A stretch of 64,000 nt of DNA from Candidatus Kapaibacterium sp. (GCA_038210275.1 JBBQWV010000011.1:6393-70392), one strand, 5' to 3'; positions 10,232-19,404 are shown, numbered from the stretch's first letter. The notes: generated by a model from the sequence alone, not told the origin. Translations and numbers: made by a program.

Positions 10232-11065
10232 TTATTTTTTCTTCGCTTTTTTCGCTTTTGGCTTTGGTTTCGGAGCGGCTTTCTTTTTAACCTGCTTCAC
10301 CACTTTTTTTGGTGCAGGCTTAACTTTTTTCGCAGGTTTAGCCGCCTTTTTTGCAGGAGTAGATTTCTTTGTTGCTTTCGGTGGAGAAGTTTTCTTTGCA
10401 ACAACAGTAGGCTTATCACCAAGCTTACGGAGTTCTTTTTCTGTATCTGCAAGATCTTTTTTCGAAATCCTTTTCTTTCCCCCGAATAGCTCCATCTCCT
10501 CGCGCTCATCGCGTTCTTCTGCCGTTTCACTCTTAAGCGATGCAAGGATCTCCAGTTCTTCAGCAGTCGGTGGCATAGGCAGGCGCTTCTGGATCGTGCG
10601 CGGAACAAGCGGCTCAGCAACAAGTTTGGTGATCGTTGATAGAATCTTTCCGCCTTGCATTGCTGCATGAGGATCAATGATCAGATCAATAAATCGTTTG
10701 CGAGGAATAGGCTTTAAAATATGCGTACCCTTCTTTGCGAACTCAAGCATAAACTGGCTTTCAGAGCCATCACTCTTGATGAACGTCACGAGATACGTAC
10801 CGTAAGGAAGATGCGGGACCTTGAGTACAGATTTCGCCGTACCAAATGATGGCATCATCATCCTGGTTGCCGTCATACCTAAAACGCGGAAGACGATCGT
10901 GCCGGGTTCGAGTTTGTAACGCACAGCGATCTCATAACGGAAGCTGGAAAATTCCTTCGCTGTCTCAAAGCTGAAGGTTGTATATTCCATGCCCGAAATT
11001 TCATCGAACGCTTTGTTAATGAAACAGCGATACTCGACTTCTTTTACTGGTGGTAGCGGCTCCAT
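10232..11065 (-). CDS. Hypothetical protein with a histone H1-like Lys/Ala/Pro-rich C-terminal tail
   Basis: 277 aa. About 170 aa globular N-terminus, an acidic linker (ETAEERDEREEMELF), then the tail KKTSPPKATKKSTPAKKAAKPAKKVKPAPKKVVKQVKKKAAPKPKPKAKKAKKK. Confidence 0.7.
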   Translation of the reverse strand: MEPLPPVKEVEYRCFINKAFDEISGMEYTTFSFETAKEFSSFRYEIAVRYKLEPGTIVFRVLGMTATRMMMPSFGTAKSVLKVPHLPYGTYLVTFIKSDGSESQFMLEFAKKGTHILKPIPRKRFIDLIIDPHAAMQGGKILSTITKLVAEPLVPRTIQKRLPMPPTAEELEILASLKSETAEERDEREEMELFGGKKRISKKDLADTEKELRKLGDKPTVVAKKTSPPKATKKSTPAKKAAKPAKKVKPAPKKVVKQVKKKAAPKPKPKAKKAKKK

Positions 11066-11117
11066 AGTGTTTTGAAAAAAATTAAAGCCTGATCTTCATC
11101 AATGATGAAAAAAAAAA

Positions 11118-11205
11118 TGTCATTCTGAGCGTAGCGAAGAATCTTACACTCTGTACTTTAAGAATTTGAGATTCTTCGTTGCGCTTCGCTCCACTCAGAA
11201 TGACA
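11118..11205. repeat. Family C MITE-like palindromic element, copy C2
   Basis: Termini TGTCATTCTGAG and CTCAGAATGACA enclose a nested palindrome, GCGTAGCGAAGAATCT...AGATTCTTCGTTGCGC. Lies just downstream of hisS. Confidence 0.65.
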
Positions 11206-11219
11206 AATTCAAAATGAAG

Positions 11220-12482
11220 TTACGAATTCAAAAGTCGGTCAGCAATATTTGCTTGGGGGATTCGCTCTTGAATGCCGGTATCCATCCTTTTAAGAGTCAG
11301 TTCTCCGGCGGCAAGCTCATCACTGCCGAGTATTATAACAAATCGGGTTCCCGATTTATCGGCTTCTCGCATCTGCGCCTTCACAGAACGGTCTAAAAGA
11401 TCATATAAAACAGAAAAATTATGCTTTCTTAGCTCGGAAACTATACCGATTCCCACTTCTCTCCCCGCTTTATCGGCGATGACGAGGTAAACATCCGGCT
11501 TCGGCTTCTCAATTTCTCCGCCCCGAAGCTTCGAAAGAACGAGGACAAGCCTCTCAACTCCGGCAGCAAATCCAACGGCAGGAGTCGGTGGTCCGCCAAG
11601 TTTTTCGATCAGCGTATCATATCTTCCGCCGCCGCATAACGCATCTTGGGAGCCAAGATCACTGGATGTTAATTCAAACACTGTGCGACTGTAATAATCA
11701 AGTCCACGTACTAAATGCGGATCAATCGAATAAGAAATATCTGCTGACTTTAAAAGAGCTTGCAGTTCATTAAAATGTTCGGCATCGGCTTCATCAAGAT
11801 AGTTGATTATATCAGGAGCATTTACTACGATTGCCTGATCGCCGGGATTTTTTGAATCGAGAATGCGCAGAGGATTTGTCTCAAGTCTTTTTTTGCTGTC
11901 TTCAGAAAGCGCTTCAAGATTGTTGCGTAAATATTTTACTAACTCTTCGCGCCACTTTTCGCGCGAGGCGGCAGAGCCGAGAGTATTCAGCTTCAAATGA
12001 AAATTTGCAAAGCCGAGTTTTTTATACACAGCAAGTGCGAACTCGATCACTTGCAGATCAGCAAGAGGGGAAGACGAGCCGACAAGTTCAATACCGAACT
12101 GATGGAACTGCCGCTGGCGTCCCATTTGCGGGCGCTCGTAGCGGAACATCGGAGCGCTATTATAATATAGGCGTGAGGACGATGCTTGTTTGGTAACGAG
12201 ATTGTGTTCAATAAGTGAGCGGACAACCGATGCCGTTAGCTCAGGACGGAGTGTCATCTCCTCGCCGCCTTTATCGGTAAAGAGATACATTTCTTTGGAG
12301 ACGATATCGGTTTCTTCGCCGACGGAGCGTTTGAAGAGTGCGGCTTGCTCGAACATCGGAGTGCGAATTTCTTCATAGCCGAAAAGTCGGGCAACTTCAT
12401 CAACAGTTCGTTCGATCTCTTTCCAGAGATGCGATTCAGGCGGAAGAATATCTTTCGTGCCGCGAGGAGCTCTCAGATCCAT
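11220..12482 (-). CDS. hisS: Histidine--tRNA ligase
   Basis: 420 aa with class II aaRS motifs, including FRYERPQMGRQRQFHQFGIE and GGGRYD. The start overlaps the ptsN stop by 1 nt (TGATG). Confidence 0.95.
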   Translation of the reverse strand: MDLRAPRGTKDILPPESHLWKEIERTVDEVARLFGYEEIRTPMFEQAALFKRSVGEETDIVSKEMYLFTDKGGEEMTLRPELTASVVRSLIEHNLVTKQASSSRLYYNSAPMFRYERPQMGRQRQFHQFGIELVGSSSPLADLQVIEFALAVYKKLGFANFHLKLNTLGSAASREKWREELVKYLRNNLEALSEDSKKRLETNPLRILDSKNPGDQAIVVNAPDIINYLDEADAEHFNELQALLKSADISYSIDPHLVRGLDYYSRTVFELTSSDLGSQDALCGGGRYDTLIEKLGGPPTPAVGFAAGVERLVLVLSKLRGGEIEKPKPDVYLVIADKAGREVGIGIVSELRKHNFSVLYDLLDRSVKAQMREADKSGTRFVIILGSDELAAGELTLKRMDTGIQERIPQANIADRLLNS

Positions 12483-12949
12483 CAGTCGCCGATCCTCTCT
12501 TCTTCAGCTTGAAAAATAGCAAGTATCTCATCGGCAGTCTTCGCCTCGATCAATGATTTACGAGCAACATCCGAGTTCATTACTTTCGAAGCACGCGAGA
12601 GTAGTTTTAATCTGCTGCCGACATCGCTATCGCGGCTGACAAGCAACAGCACAAGCCGGACAGGCTCGTTATCCATCGCGGCATAATCGATCGGCTCTGC
12701 CATCGTTGCAAATGCGAGGACAATGTCATTCACAGAATCGGTCTTGCCATGCGGAATCGCAAAGCCTTTGCCGACACCGGTGGACATGATCCGTTCGCGT
12801 TCGAGAATAGCAGTCTTGACTTTTGCCTTATCGAGGACGTGCGGATTTTTTGCTGCAAGATCAACCATCTTGCCGAGCAGTTCTTCTTTCGAGACCGCCG
12901 TCATGCCGACAGCGATATTTTCTGGTTTGAGATAATTAACTAACTTCAT
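12482..12949 (-). CDS. ptsN: PTS EIIA(Ntr)-type nitrogen regulatory protein
   Basis: EIIA type-2 fold motifs, including the phosphorylatable His in GKGFAIPHGKTD. I prefer the ATG at 12949 over the TTG at 12967 used in the track. Confidence 0.8.
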   Translation of the reverse strand: MKLVNYLKPENIAVGMTAVSKEELLGKMVDLAAKNPHVLDKAKVKTAILERERIMSTGVGKGFAIPHGKTDSVNDIVLAFATMAEPIDYAAMDNEPVRLVLLLVSRDSDVGSRLKLLSRASKVMNSDVARKSLIEAKTADEILAIFQAEEERIGD

Positions 12950-13022
12950 AGCTGAAGATAACACCAAACGTTGTTCTTGTATTAAATAGAAAATACAAAG
13001 TTACGAAGGAAGTCCTTAGAAG

Positions 13023-13055
13023 TAAGTCAAAAGTCAAAACTTTAAAGTCAAAAAT
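13023..13055. repeat. Family B repeat, solo left arm (B1)
   Basis: Contains the exact 30-mer AAGTCAAAAGTCAAAACTTTAAAGTCAAAA, also present at 16416 and 34514. Confidence 0.8.
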
Positions 13056-13062
13056 AAAACTA

Positions 13063-14700
13063 CTACCTCATCACTTTTACCTCAGTGGTTTCAGACGCTT
13101 CACCTGCTTCGACCTTAATAAAATACGTCCCTTCTGCAAAACTACTTAGATCAAGCGTTGCTTCATGGTGTCCGATCTGCTCTTCACCTTGCTTGATCTG
13201 CTGCATCCGATCTCCGGTAATATTGAAGATTGAAATAATAACAGCAGAAGATTTAACCAGATCATATCCGAGTTTAGTGAGTTTTGATACAGGGTTGGGG
13301 TGGGCAGAGAGAGTTAAGCTTTTAGAAATCGTTGAAGAAACACTTAAAGGCGCAGCAAGTTTTACTACCCATATATCATTACCACCATGATTTCCTGAGA
13401 CCTCACCATCGGTAGATTGTGTATCTCCTGTAAAAGCTAATCCTGCGTCGGAAGTTTGTACTATTGAGAATGCAGTCTCATAGCTGCCGCCGCCATAACG
13501 TTGCTGCCAAAGAATATTTCCTGAAGCGTTAAGCTTTACTATCCAAGCATCATAATTACCCTGATTATCTACCCCTTCAAATTGAGAGTATGTCGTTCCG
13601 CAAAATATAAATCCAAAATCTGGCGTATTGATTATCGCAAATGCGCGATCTGGTTCAATGCCTCCGATACTTTGTTGCCACAGCAAATTTCCGGAGGAAT
13701 CAAGTTTGACAATCCAAGCATCCTCGTATGATCCACCTGAGACTACACCATGATTCCCAACAACATCTCCATCGGTGGACTGATTTATTCCTGCAAAAAC
13801 ATATCCTCCATCTGGAGATTGCACGATTGAGCTTGCCCAATCAGGGTAACTGCCCCCTAAACATTTCTGCCATTCGATCACTCCAGCCGGATTGAGTTTC
13901 ACAATCCATGCATCCTCGTAGGAATTAATATTCTTATCGAGAGCAGGATGATACCCCTTTACATCACCGTTAGTAGAAGTTGCTGAACCTGCAATAATAT
14001 AACCACCCTCCCTGGTTTGAATAATTGATTCTGCGGTTTCGTCACCGGTTCCCCCTAAACATTTTTGCCAAAGTATATTTCCGACGGTATCGATTGTAAG
14101 AATCCAAGCATCGGAATTATACGTTACCAAATGCTTTCCCGAAATATCTCCATCTATCGAATATGTTCTGCCGGCTATGACATAATTTCCGTCGGAGTTC
14201 TGAATTACGCAATTCGCATAATCGTAACCTGATCCGCCGAAACATTTTTCCCACACTAAATTTCCGAGAGAATCAAGTCTTACTACCCAAACATCGGTTC
14301 TGTAATTTCCGTGGTTTCCTGTGACATCACCACCCAAAGATTTTGTATCTCCGACAACGACATACCCTCCGTCTATCGTTTGTATAATACAGGTCGCTAC
14401 ATCATCGTCGCTTCCACCTAAGCATTTCTGCCATTGAATATTACCAAGAGAGGTTAACTTAACGATCCAGGCATCATTGTTTCCATGATTCCCTGAAACA
14501 TCTGCGCTGTCTGAGGTTGCCCTCCCTGCAAGAGCATATCCTCCGTCATGTGTTTGAATAATAGAAGTTGAGGATTCAACCCCAGGTCCGCCGAGGCATT
14601 TTTGCCATTGAATTTTTGGGGCTTGGCTAAAAACCAAACAAGGTATTGATACGAACGCTACAAAAACGAATAGTGAGATTTGCGTTTTTAAACTTTGCAT
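13063..14700 (-). CDS. Secreted SBBP-like beta-propeller repeat protein with a T9SS C-terminal domain
   Basis: About nine copies of a roughly 50 aa unit (DGGY..G.T.S..GDV.GNHG..DAWIVKL...G...WQKCLGG). C-terminal PNPV...GTYFIKV sorting domain. Start moved to the ATG at 14700 (MQSLKTQISLFVFVAF...VFSQ/A signal peptide). Confidence 0.8.
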   Translation of the reverse strand: MQSLKTQISLFVFVAFVSIPCLVFSQAPKIQWQKCLGGPGVESSTSIIQTHDGGYALAGRATSDSADVSGNHGNNDAWIVKLTSLGNIQWQKCLGGSDDDVATCIIQTIDGGYVVVGDTKSLGGDVTGNHGNYRTDVWVVRLDSLGNLVWEKCFGGSGYDYANCVIQNSDGNYVIAGRTYSIDGDISGKHLVTYNSDAWILTIDTVGNILWQKCLGGTGDETAESIIQTREGGYIIAGSATSTNGDVKGYHPALDKNINSYEDAWIVKLNPAGVIEWQKCLGGSYPDWASSIVQSPDGGYVFAGINQSTDGDVVGNHGVVSGGSYEDAWIVKLDSSGNLLWQQSIGGIEPDRAFAIINTPDFGFIFCGTTYSQFEGVDNQGNYDAWIVKLNASGNILWQQRYGGGSYETAFSIVQTSDAGLAFTGDTQSTDGEVSGNHGGNDIWVVKLAAPLSVSSTISKSLTLSAHPNPVSKLTKLGYDLVKSSAVIISIFNITGDRMQQIKQGEEQIGHHEATLDLSSFAEGTYFIKVEAGEASETTEVKVMR

Positions 14701-14795
14701 AGTGAGTTTTAGAGTTATCTGAGTAAGATGCTCTATATATAAAGACAACTGAGATGAGAAAAGGTTACACAAAAATATTAGAAATATGTCACCTC

Positions 14796-14848
14796 GTTAA
14801 ACTCATTCACGAATAATCGACTAAGCTTTCCCTGAAAATAAATGTCGA
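14796..14848 (+). repeat. 53 nt direct repeat, copy 1 (orphan gene 3'-end remnant)
   Basis: GTTAAACTCATTCACGAATAATCGACTAAGCTTTCCCTGAAAATAAATGTCGA. It is identical, apart from 1 mismatch, to 15926..15978, which covers the last codons (VKLIHE, stop) and the 3' flank of gene 14927..15946. Confidence 0.85.
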
Positions 14849-14926
14849 AATTTATGAATCAGTTATGAAACTTACTACAACAACCTGTGTTTTTCATTCA
14901 ACGGAATCTTTATAATAAGTGGACGC

Positions 14927-15946
14927 GTGAAACTCCTGATTTTTATATTTGTTTTTTTTCTTCCTCTCTTTGCAGTTGTTTCACTTCATGCCCAAATACC
15001 AAACAGAGATCCTTTGTCAACGGCAACCACATTCAGCAGTATTAATAGTGTTGATGTTTTTTTTCAAACGATTGCCCATCCCAAAGATCCGGTTACACCA
15101 GATACTCTTTCTTCCTTTGATTGCGAACGATTAGCCGAAAGAGGCGACTCCTACCAGCACTATGGAAAATATCGTTGGGCTTATGACTCATTGAAATATT
15201 ATATTGAGCAGTGTGGTATGCAAGAAGGTGCATGGTCTGAATTTTCATCAATAACTATTGCAGCGACGGGTTTGGCGGGAATTGGTATTCCAGGAGCTGA
15301 TACCGTGTTTGTATGGAAAGAATATGAAAATTGGCTTAAATCCGTTTTGAACCTCAATCCGGACAAACAGTATTTTTGCTCAGATGTTTTTGAGGTAGCG
15401 AGAGCTTTTGAGTTTTTTAGCGAATCTTCGAATACATCTCCAGATTGGAATGCAGCAGTAAGTATTTCACGATTCGCCGAAGATTCTTTATGCCCTTCTT
15501 GGTCTTCAAGTTTCGAATCTTTAATTAAACAAGCTCGCCATATTCAGCATTCTCTGTGGCAAGACACCGTCCAAGATTCGATCAAAACACCGTTAGATAC
15601 AACGCTAAAAACACTTGACCAACTTGGTGTTGGCTATTTGCGGCAATATTCGAGCGGTGTAGCCTACATACCAAAAACATCGAATATCATAGGGAAGATC
15701 ACTGCTTCGCCTAATCCATTCGGTGATGAGGTAGAACTCCAATATAGCCTAAATGAAGGAGCTGCAACCCGTATTGAGGTTTACGATGCGCTCGGCAAAC
15801 TTATTTGGGATAACGGACAAGGATACCGCGCTTTGGGTAAATATTCAGTGAAGATTCCGACAAAGAGTTGGAGTTCAGGAACATACTATACCAGAGTTTT
15901 AACTGTCGGCGGCGAAGTGAAAACGGTTAAACTTATTCACGAATAA
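14927..15946 (+). CDS. Secreted hypothetical protein with a T9SS C-terminal domain
   Basis: 339 aa, GTG start, signal peptide ending LHAQ/I. C-terminal SPNPFGDEVELQYSL...IEVYDALGKLI...SGTYYTRV is typical of T9SS CTDs. Confidence 0.7.
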   Translation: MKLLIFIFVFFLPLFAVVSLHAQIPNRDPLSTATTFSSINSVDVFFQTIAHPKDPVTPDTLSSFDCERLAERGDSYQHYGKYRWAYDSLKYYIEQCGMQEGAWSEFSSITIAATGLAGIGIPGADTVFVWKEYENWLKSVLNLNPDKQYFCSDVFEVARAFEFFSESSNTSPDWNAAVSISRFAEDSLCPSWSSSFESLIKQARHIQHSLWQDTVQDSIKTPLDTTLKTLDQLGVGYLRQYSSGVAYIPKTSNIIGKITASPNPFGDEVELQYSLNEGAATRIEVYDALGKLIWDNGQGYRALGKYSVKIPTKSWSSGTYYTRVLTVGGEVKTVKLIHE

Positions 15947-15978
15947 TCGACTAAGCTTTCCCTGAAAATAAATGTCGA
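15926..15978 (+). repeat. 53 nt direct repeat, copy 2
   Basis: See 14796..14848. The two copies are 1130 bp apart and bracket one gene. Confidence 0.85.
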
Positions 15979-16055
15979 TAGGCACCTTGACAAATGCCAT
16001 TTTATGTCGTATATTACCTCCATTATGATGAGCACCTATACCCTTGTAGATTTTA

Positions 16056-16093
16056 GATTGCCACGACCGGCTGGTGCCGGTCTCGCAATGACA
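16056..16093. repeat. Family C element, right-end fragment (C3)
   Basis: GATTGCCACGACCGGCTGGTGCCGGTCTCGCAATGACA matches the right end of C5 (GATTGCCACACCGGGCTAAAGCCCGGCTCGCAATGACA). No left end is present. Confidence 0.6.
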
Positions 16094-16415
16094 TTGTATT
16101 ATTTAGAGGTCTCAATAAACCGTTAACTTGTGAAATGTGCACAACGATATACTTGAATTATAAGGAGTTACAGTCGCTCACCCGGAGTTTTTGGAAAGGA
16201 TGATTTTTGGAAAGGATGAAGTATGAAGGATGAAGGATGAAATGGGGAACAGAGATTTGGGGTGGCTTTCTGCTAAAGACTAAAGACTTTGCTATGTGCA
16301 GAGCGATGTTGATGAATTATAAGGAGTTACAGACCAACTTTGAAAGTTATCCACAGTGTGCAGACCCAGGAAGTGCTGAGCAATGAGCTATGAGGACTGA
16401 GAGGAGAATGGGGAA

Positions 16416-16476
16416 TAAGTCAAAAGTCAAAACTTTAAAGTCAAAAATGAGAGGGATTTGTTTTGACTTTTGACTT
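16416..16476. repeat. Family B hairpin element (B2)
   Basis: The exact 30-mer left arm plus the complementary right arm TTTTGACTTTTGACTT. Confidence 0.8.
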
Positions 16477-16479
16477 CTC

Positions 16480-16503
16480 ATCCCCCAAAATCCAGGTTCA
16501 GAC
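16480..16503 (+). repeat. Family E motif (ATCC words ending CCAGGTTCAGAC), copy E1
   Basis: ATCCCCCAAAATCCAGGTTCAGAC. The terminal CCAG(G)TTCAG motif is shared with 28001..28034 and 31009..31054. Confidence 0.55.
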
Positions 16504-16566
16504 AAGTAGCTCAAAATGATACTTATTTATTTCGGCTTCAGTCTTATCCTTAATTTTGCATAACTT

Positions 16567-17130
16567 ATGATCATTCTCGGAGTTGATCCCGGAACGCTGG
16601 TAACCGGATATGGAGTAATAGAGATCTCAGGCAGATCGCTTGGCACATTCCGTGCTTTGGAGTTTGGTACGATAGAATCGAAGAAGATCAGCGCAATGCC
16701 GAAACGCTTGGAGACGATCTTCACCAGATTACAAGCTGTTATCAAGCGAGCCGAGCCGGATGAATTTGCGATCGAGACGGCGTTCTATGATAAGAATGCA
16801 CAGTCGGCGATGAAACTTGGTCAGGCTCGGGGTGTTGCATTAGTGGCAGCGCAGCTTGCCGAACTGGAAATTGCCGAGTACGCTCCGCGTGTTATTAAAA
16901 AAGCCGTAACCGGAAATGGCAATGCCGACAAGAGCCAAGTGGAATTTATGGTAAAGAGAATGCTGAACTTAGAAAAGCATGACCGTAAACTTGCCGATGC
17001 GTATGATGCGCTGGCAATTGCACTGACTCATGCCTTGCGACGCGGCGGAGCGGGGAAGGCATCAAAGCAATCGAACACTTGGAAAGATTTTATACAGAAT
17101 AATCCTGATAGAGTTAAAAATGCGAAATAA
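16567..17130 (+). CDS. ruvC: Holliday junction resolvase RuvC
   Basis: 187 aa with the N-terminal IILGVDPGTLVTGYGVI catalytic Asp motif and conserved RuvC blocks. Confidence 0.95.
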   Translation: MIILGVDPGTLVTGYGVIEISGRSLGTFRALEFGTIESKKISAMPKRLETIFTRLQAVIKRAEPDEFAIETAFYDKNAQSAMKLGQARGVALVAAQLAELEIAEYAPRVIKKAVTGNGNADKSQVEFMVKRMLNLEKHDRKLADAYDALAIALTHALRRGGAGKASKQSNTWKDFIQNNPDRVKNAK

Positions 17131-18340
17131 GATTTTTGGAAGTTTTTTTATAGTTATTCTTTTTCTGCTTTTTGCAACACCCGATCTTCAAGCGCAGATG
17201 CGACCTCAGGATCTGGCGCGGGATTTCCTCGTCAAATTAGTGATGAAGGATTCGACGCAGATCTATGGTATCGTGCTGGCGAAGCCACTTTCCGATAGAA
17301 TCCTTTTCCAAACCCGTAACGGCAGACTTGAAATACCGCTCAAAGATATTTATTATGCCGTTGATTACCGTTTCAATTTTGTGATGCGCGACGAAATGCG
17401 GACTGCGGCGCTTGCCAATACTACCGAAGTTGAGAAGTTTCATCTCTCTCAACTGCTCAGTAATTCGAAGTTGGAAACCGAATCAATTGTTCACACCAAT
17501 AAACTCGATGTCTTTCGCGGATACCGCTACAACTTTGATGATACTGCTCATGTCATTATTTCTACTGATTGGGGAGAGTTGTATTTTACGTATCCGGAGA
17601 TCAATTACATTGATAATTATTCCGGGACGAATGACAAGAGAAAAGATTTCTACACGCCTTCGTATCTTGCCGTAAAAGATCCGATGGCTTCGCAGGGTTT
17701 AGTAACGCCGAACGGAATTGCATTCGGGCAGGGAAATAATTTCCTCTCTGATTATTTAATAGGCGGTTTGCAATTTAATTACGGTCCGACGGACTGGCTT
17801 TCGATGAACGTCGGCGGAGTTTTTCTGCCGCTGAAAAATAATATCATCGTTGCAACCGGCGGCGCAAAGTTCACGCCATTCTCTTCCGAGCTTTGGCATA
17901 TTTCGGTTGGCGGTCAGGCGCTGTATTCGCAAGTAGTGAAGACAACGCGCCTCGGATTAGGTTATGCAGCACTGACTTATGGAAATTGGGAATCTCAACT
18001 CACGCTTTTCGGCGGATATACATATGATAGAACCGATTATACGGATACTCTGGCTCACCAGAATGTAAAAAACGATGTTTTGTTTATAGTCCAAGGTGCT
18101 GAACGTGTCGGAGAAAATTTGAAATTAGGTATTGAATTTTTCTTTATTTCCAATTTTGAAATAGTACCCGTTCTCATATCTGTCAGGTATTTTGATAATA
18201 ATTTAACGGTTGATGTTGGAGTCGCATTTTCACTTTACAAAGCCGGAGCAGCCAGGAACACTCCGACACTCGGGGAATACGTCTTTAATGTGCCGAATTT
18301 TCCGATTGTCCCGGCGTTGAGTTTAAGTTATCATTTTTAA
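17120..18340 (+). CDS. Putative outer-membrane protein (unknown function)
   Basis: Start moved to the in-frame ATG at 17120, giving the signal peptide MRNKIFGSFFIVILFLLFATPDLQAQ/M. The C-terminal half is glycine- and aromatic-rich and beta-barrel-like, ending ...LSLSYHF. Confidence 0.6.
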   Translation: MRNKIFGSFFIVILFLLFATPDLQAQMRPQDLARDFLVKLVMKDSTQIYGIVLAKPLSDRILFQTRNGRLEIPLKDIYYAVDYRFNFVMRDEMRTAALANTTEVEKFHLSQLLSNSKLETESIVHTNKLDVFRGYRYNFDDTAHVIISTDWGELYFTYPEINYIDNYSGTNDKRKDFYTPSYLAVKDPMASQGLVTPNGIAFGQGNNFLSDYLIGGLQFNYGPTDWLSMNVGGVFLPLKNNIIVATGGAKFTPFSSELWHISVGGQALYSQVVKTTRLGLGYAALTYGNWESQLTLFGGYTYDRTDYTDTLAHQNVKNDVLFIVQGAERVGENLKLGIEFFFISNFEIVPVLISVRYFDNNLTVDVGVAFSLYKAGAARNTPTLGEYVFNVPNFPIVPALSLSYHF

Positions 18341-19404
18341 AATGACAGCGCAAATGAGCTGACGGTGAAACCGCTTCGCTTTGAGTTGCCTCGTTTGGAT
18401 GCAAAGAGCGGCGTTGTTGCCTGAAGCATTCTTCCTTCGGTGCGCCAGACGAGATTTTTGGAAAGTTGGAAATCGAAATTGATCGAAGCTCCGAAGCCAT
18501 CGAATCCTTTATCGGTGCCGGTTTTATAGATTACTTGGAATTCGTCTTTATAATACTCTCCACGAAGTCCGAAGGCAAACTTTTCGCCGAATGGAATTTT
18601 GGCAACAAGTGCTGCGCCCATCCAAACTCGATTGACGGAATCCACCTTCTGCGTCCCGAAATCGTACGTCATATCAACTTGAAATTTTCCGTCATTGCCG
18701 AGACGGAGGCAGATATCATTGAAGTATAGCATTTCAACAGGCATACCGCTCGGTTGTTCATTGCCGATGAAATTATTATAAGCAAAGCTCACATAAGGCA
18801 ATGGATTGAAGGCAAGGGAAAGACCGATGGCTTTACCGTTATTGTTTTCTGAAATATTCTGCCATCCGTTAATGAGATTAAGCGATGCATTAAATGTTTC
18901 AATCGGTTGCCAATACCCACGAATTCCGGTTTGGTAGAAAGGGACGAATTCCGTAACCATCGAATGAGAGTATGTTTTATTTTCTTTTGACAGCCACGTT
19001 TCCCATGTATAAGGCGCAGGGTAAATTCCGGCATCAATCCAGAATCCTTCGGCGACCTGATACCCTGCCCAAGCTTCGTGAATAATCTGTGATAGCTCGC
19101 GATTATTTGTTTCGGCTGCGTATGTTGCTTTTACCGAGGTTCCGGTATGCAGAGAAAGTACCCCACGAACATCTTTCGCACTGAGGCGAACCTCAAGATG
19201 AGCAAGGTTAATATTAAATTCATCACTGCGCAGCGGTTGCGAGAATGGATGACTTGCTCCGTTATTCGGCAATTGATTAAAATCGTACATATAGTATGTA
19301 TCGACATAAGCCGACCAATGAATCTTCATCGAATCCAAAGGCTGGGCAATTATCGGTGAAGCGCAAAGCAGAGCCAAGCAAATGGCAACAAGAGATATTC
19401 TCAT
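18337..19404 (-). CDS. Putative outer-membrane porin
   Basis: 355 aa. Signal peptide ending IIAQ/P, alternating beta-strand pattern, terminal ...SSFALSF. Convergent with the previous gene, with a 4 nt overlap. Confidence 0.6.
   Translation of the reverse strand: MRISLVAICLALLCASPIIAQPLDSMKIHWSAYVDTYYMYDFNQLPNNGASHPFSQPLRSDEFNINLAHLEVRLSAKDVRGVLSLHTGTSVKATYAAETNNRELSQIIHEAWAGYQVAEGFWIDAGIYPAPYTWETWLSKENKTYSHSMVTEFVPFYQTGIRGYWQPIETFNASLNLINGWQNISENNNGKAIGLSLAFNPLPYVSFAYNNFIGNEQPSGMPVEMLYFNDICLRLGNDGKFQVDMTYDFGTQKVDSVNRVWMGAALVAKIPFGEKFAFGLRGEYYKDEFQVIYKTGTDKGFDGFGASINFDFQLSKNLVWRTEGRMLQATTPLFASKRGNSKRSGFTVSSFALSF

Noticed and set aside
10139-10670. Long plus-strand ORFs (116 and 172 aa) rich in F, L and R, opposite the Lys-rich tail gene.
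   Set aside because: They are antisense translations of the AAG/AAA-rich low-complexity tail region. They have no plausible protein features, and the minus-strand ORF has a coherent domain structure.
17030-17119. Upstream extensions of track ORFs at 17030, 27304, 26066, 14772, 56394 and 58281.
   Set aside because: Each extension overlaps the neighbouring gene or a terminator hairpin. In each case an internal start yields a canonical signal peptide or family-typical N-terminus.
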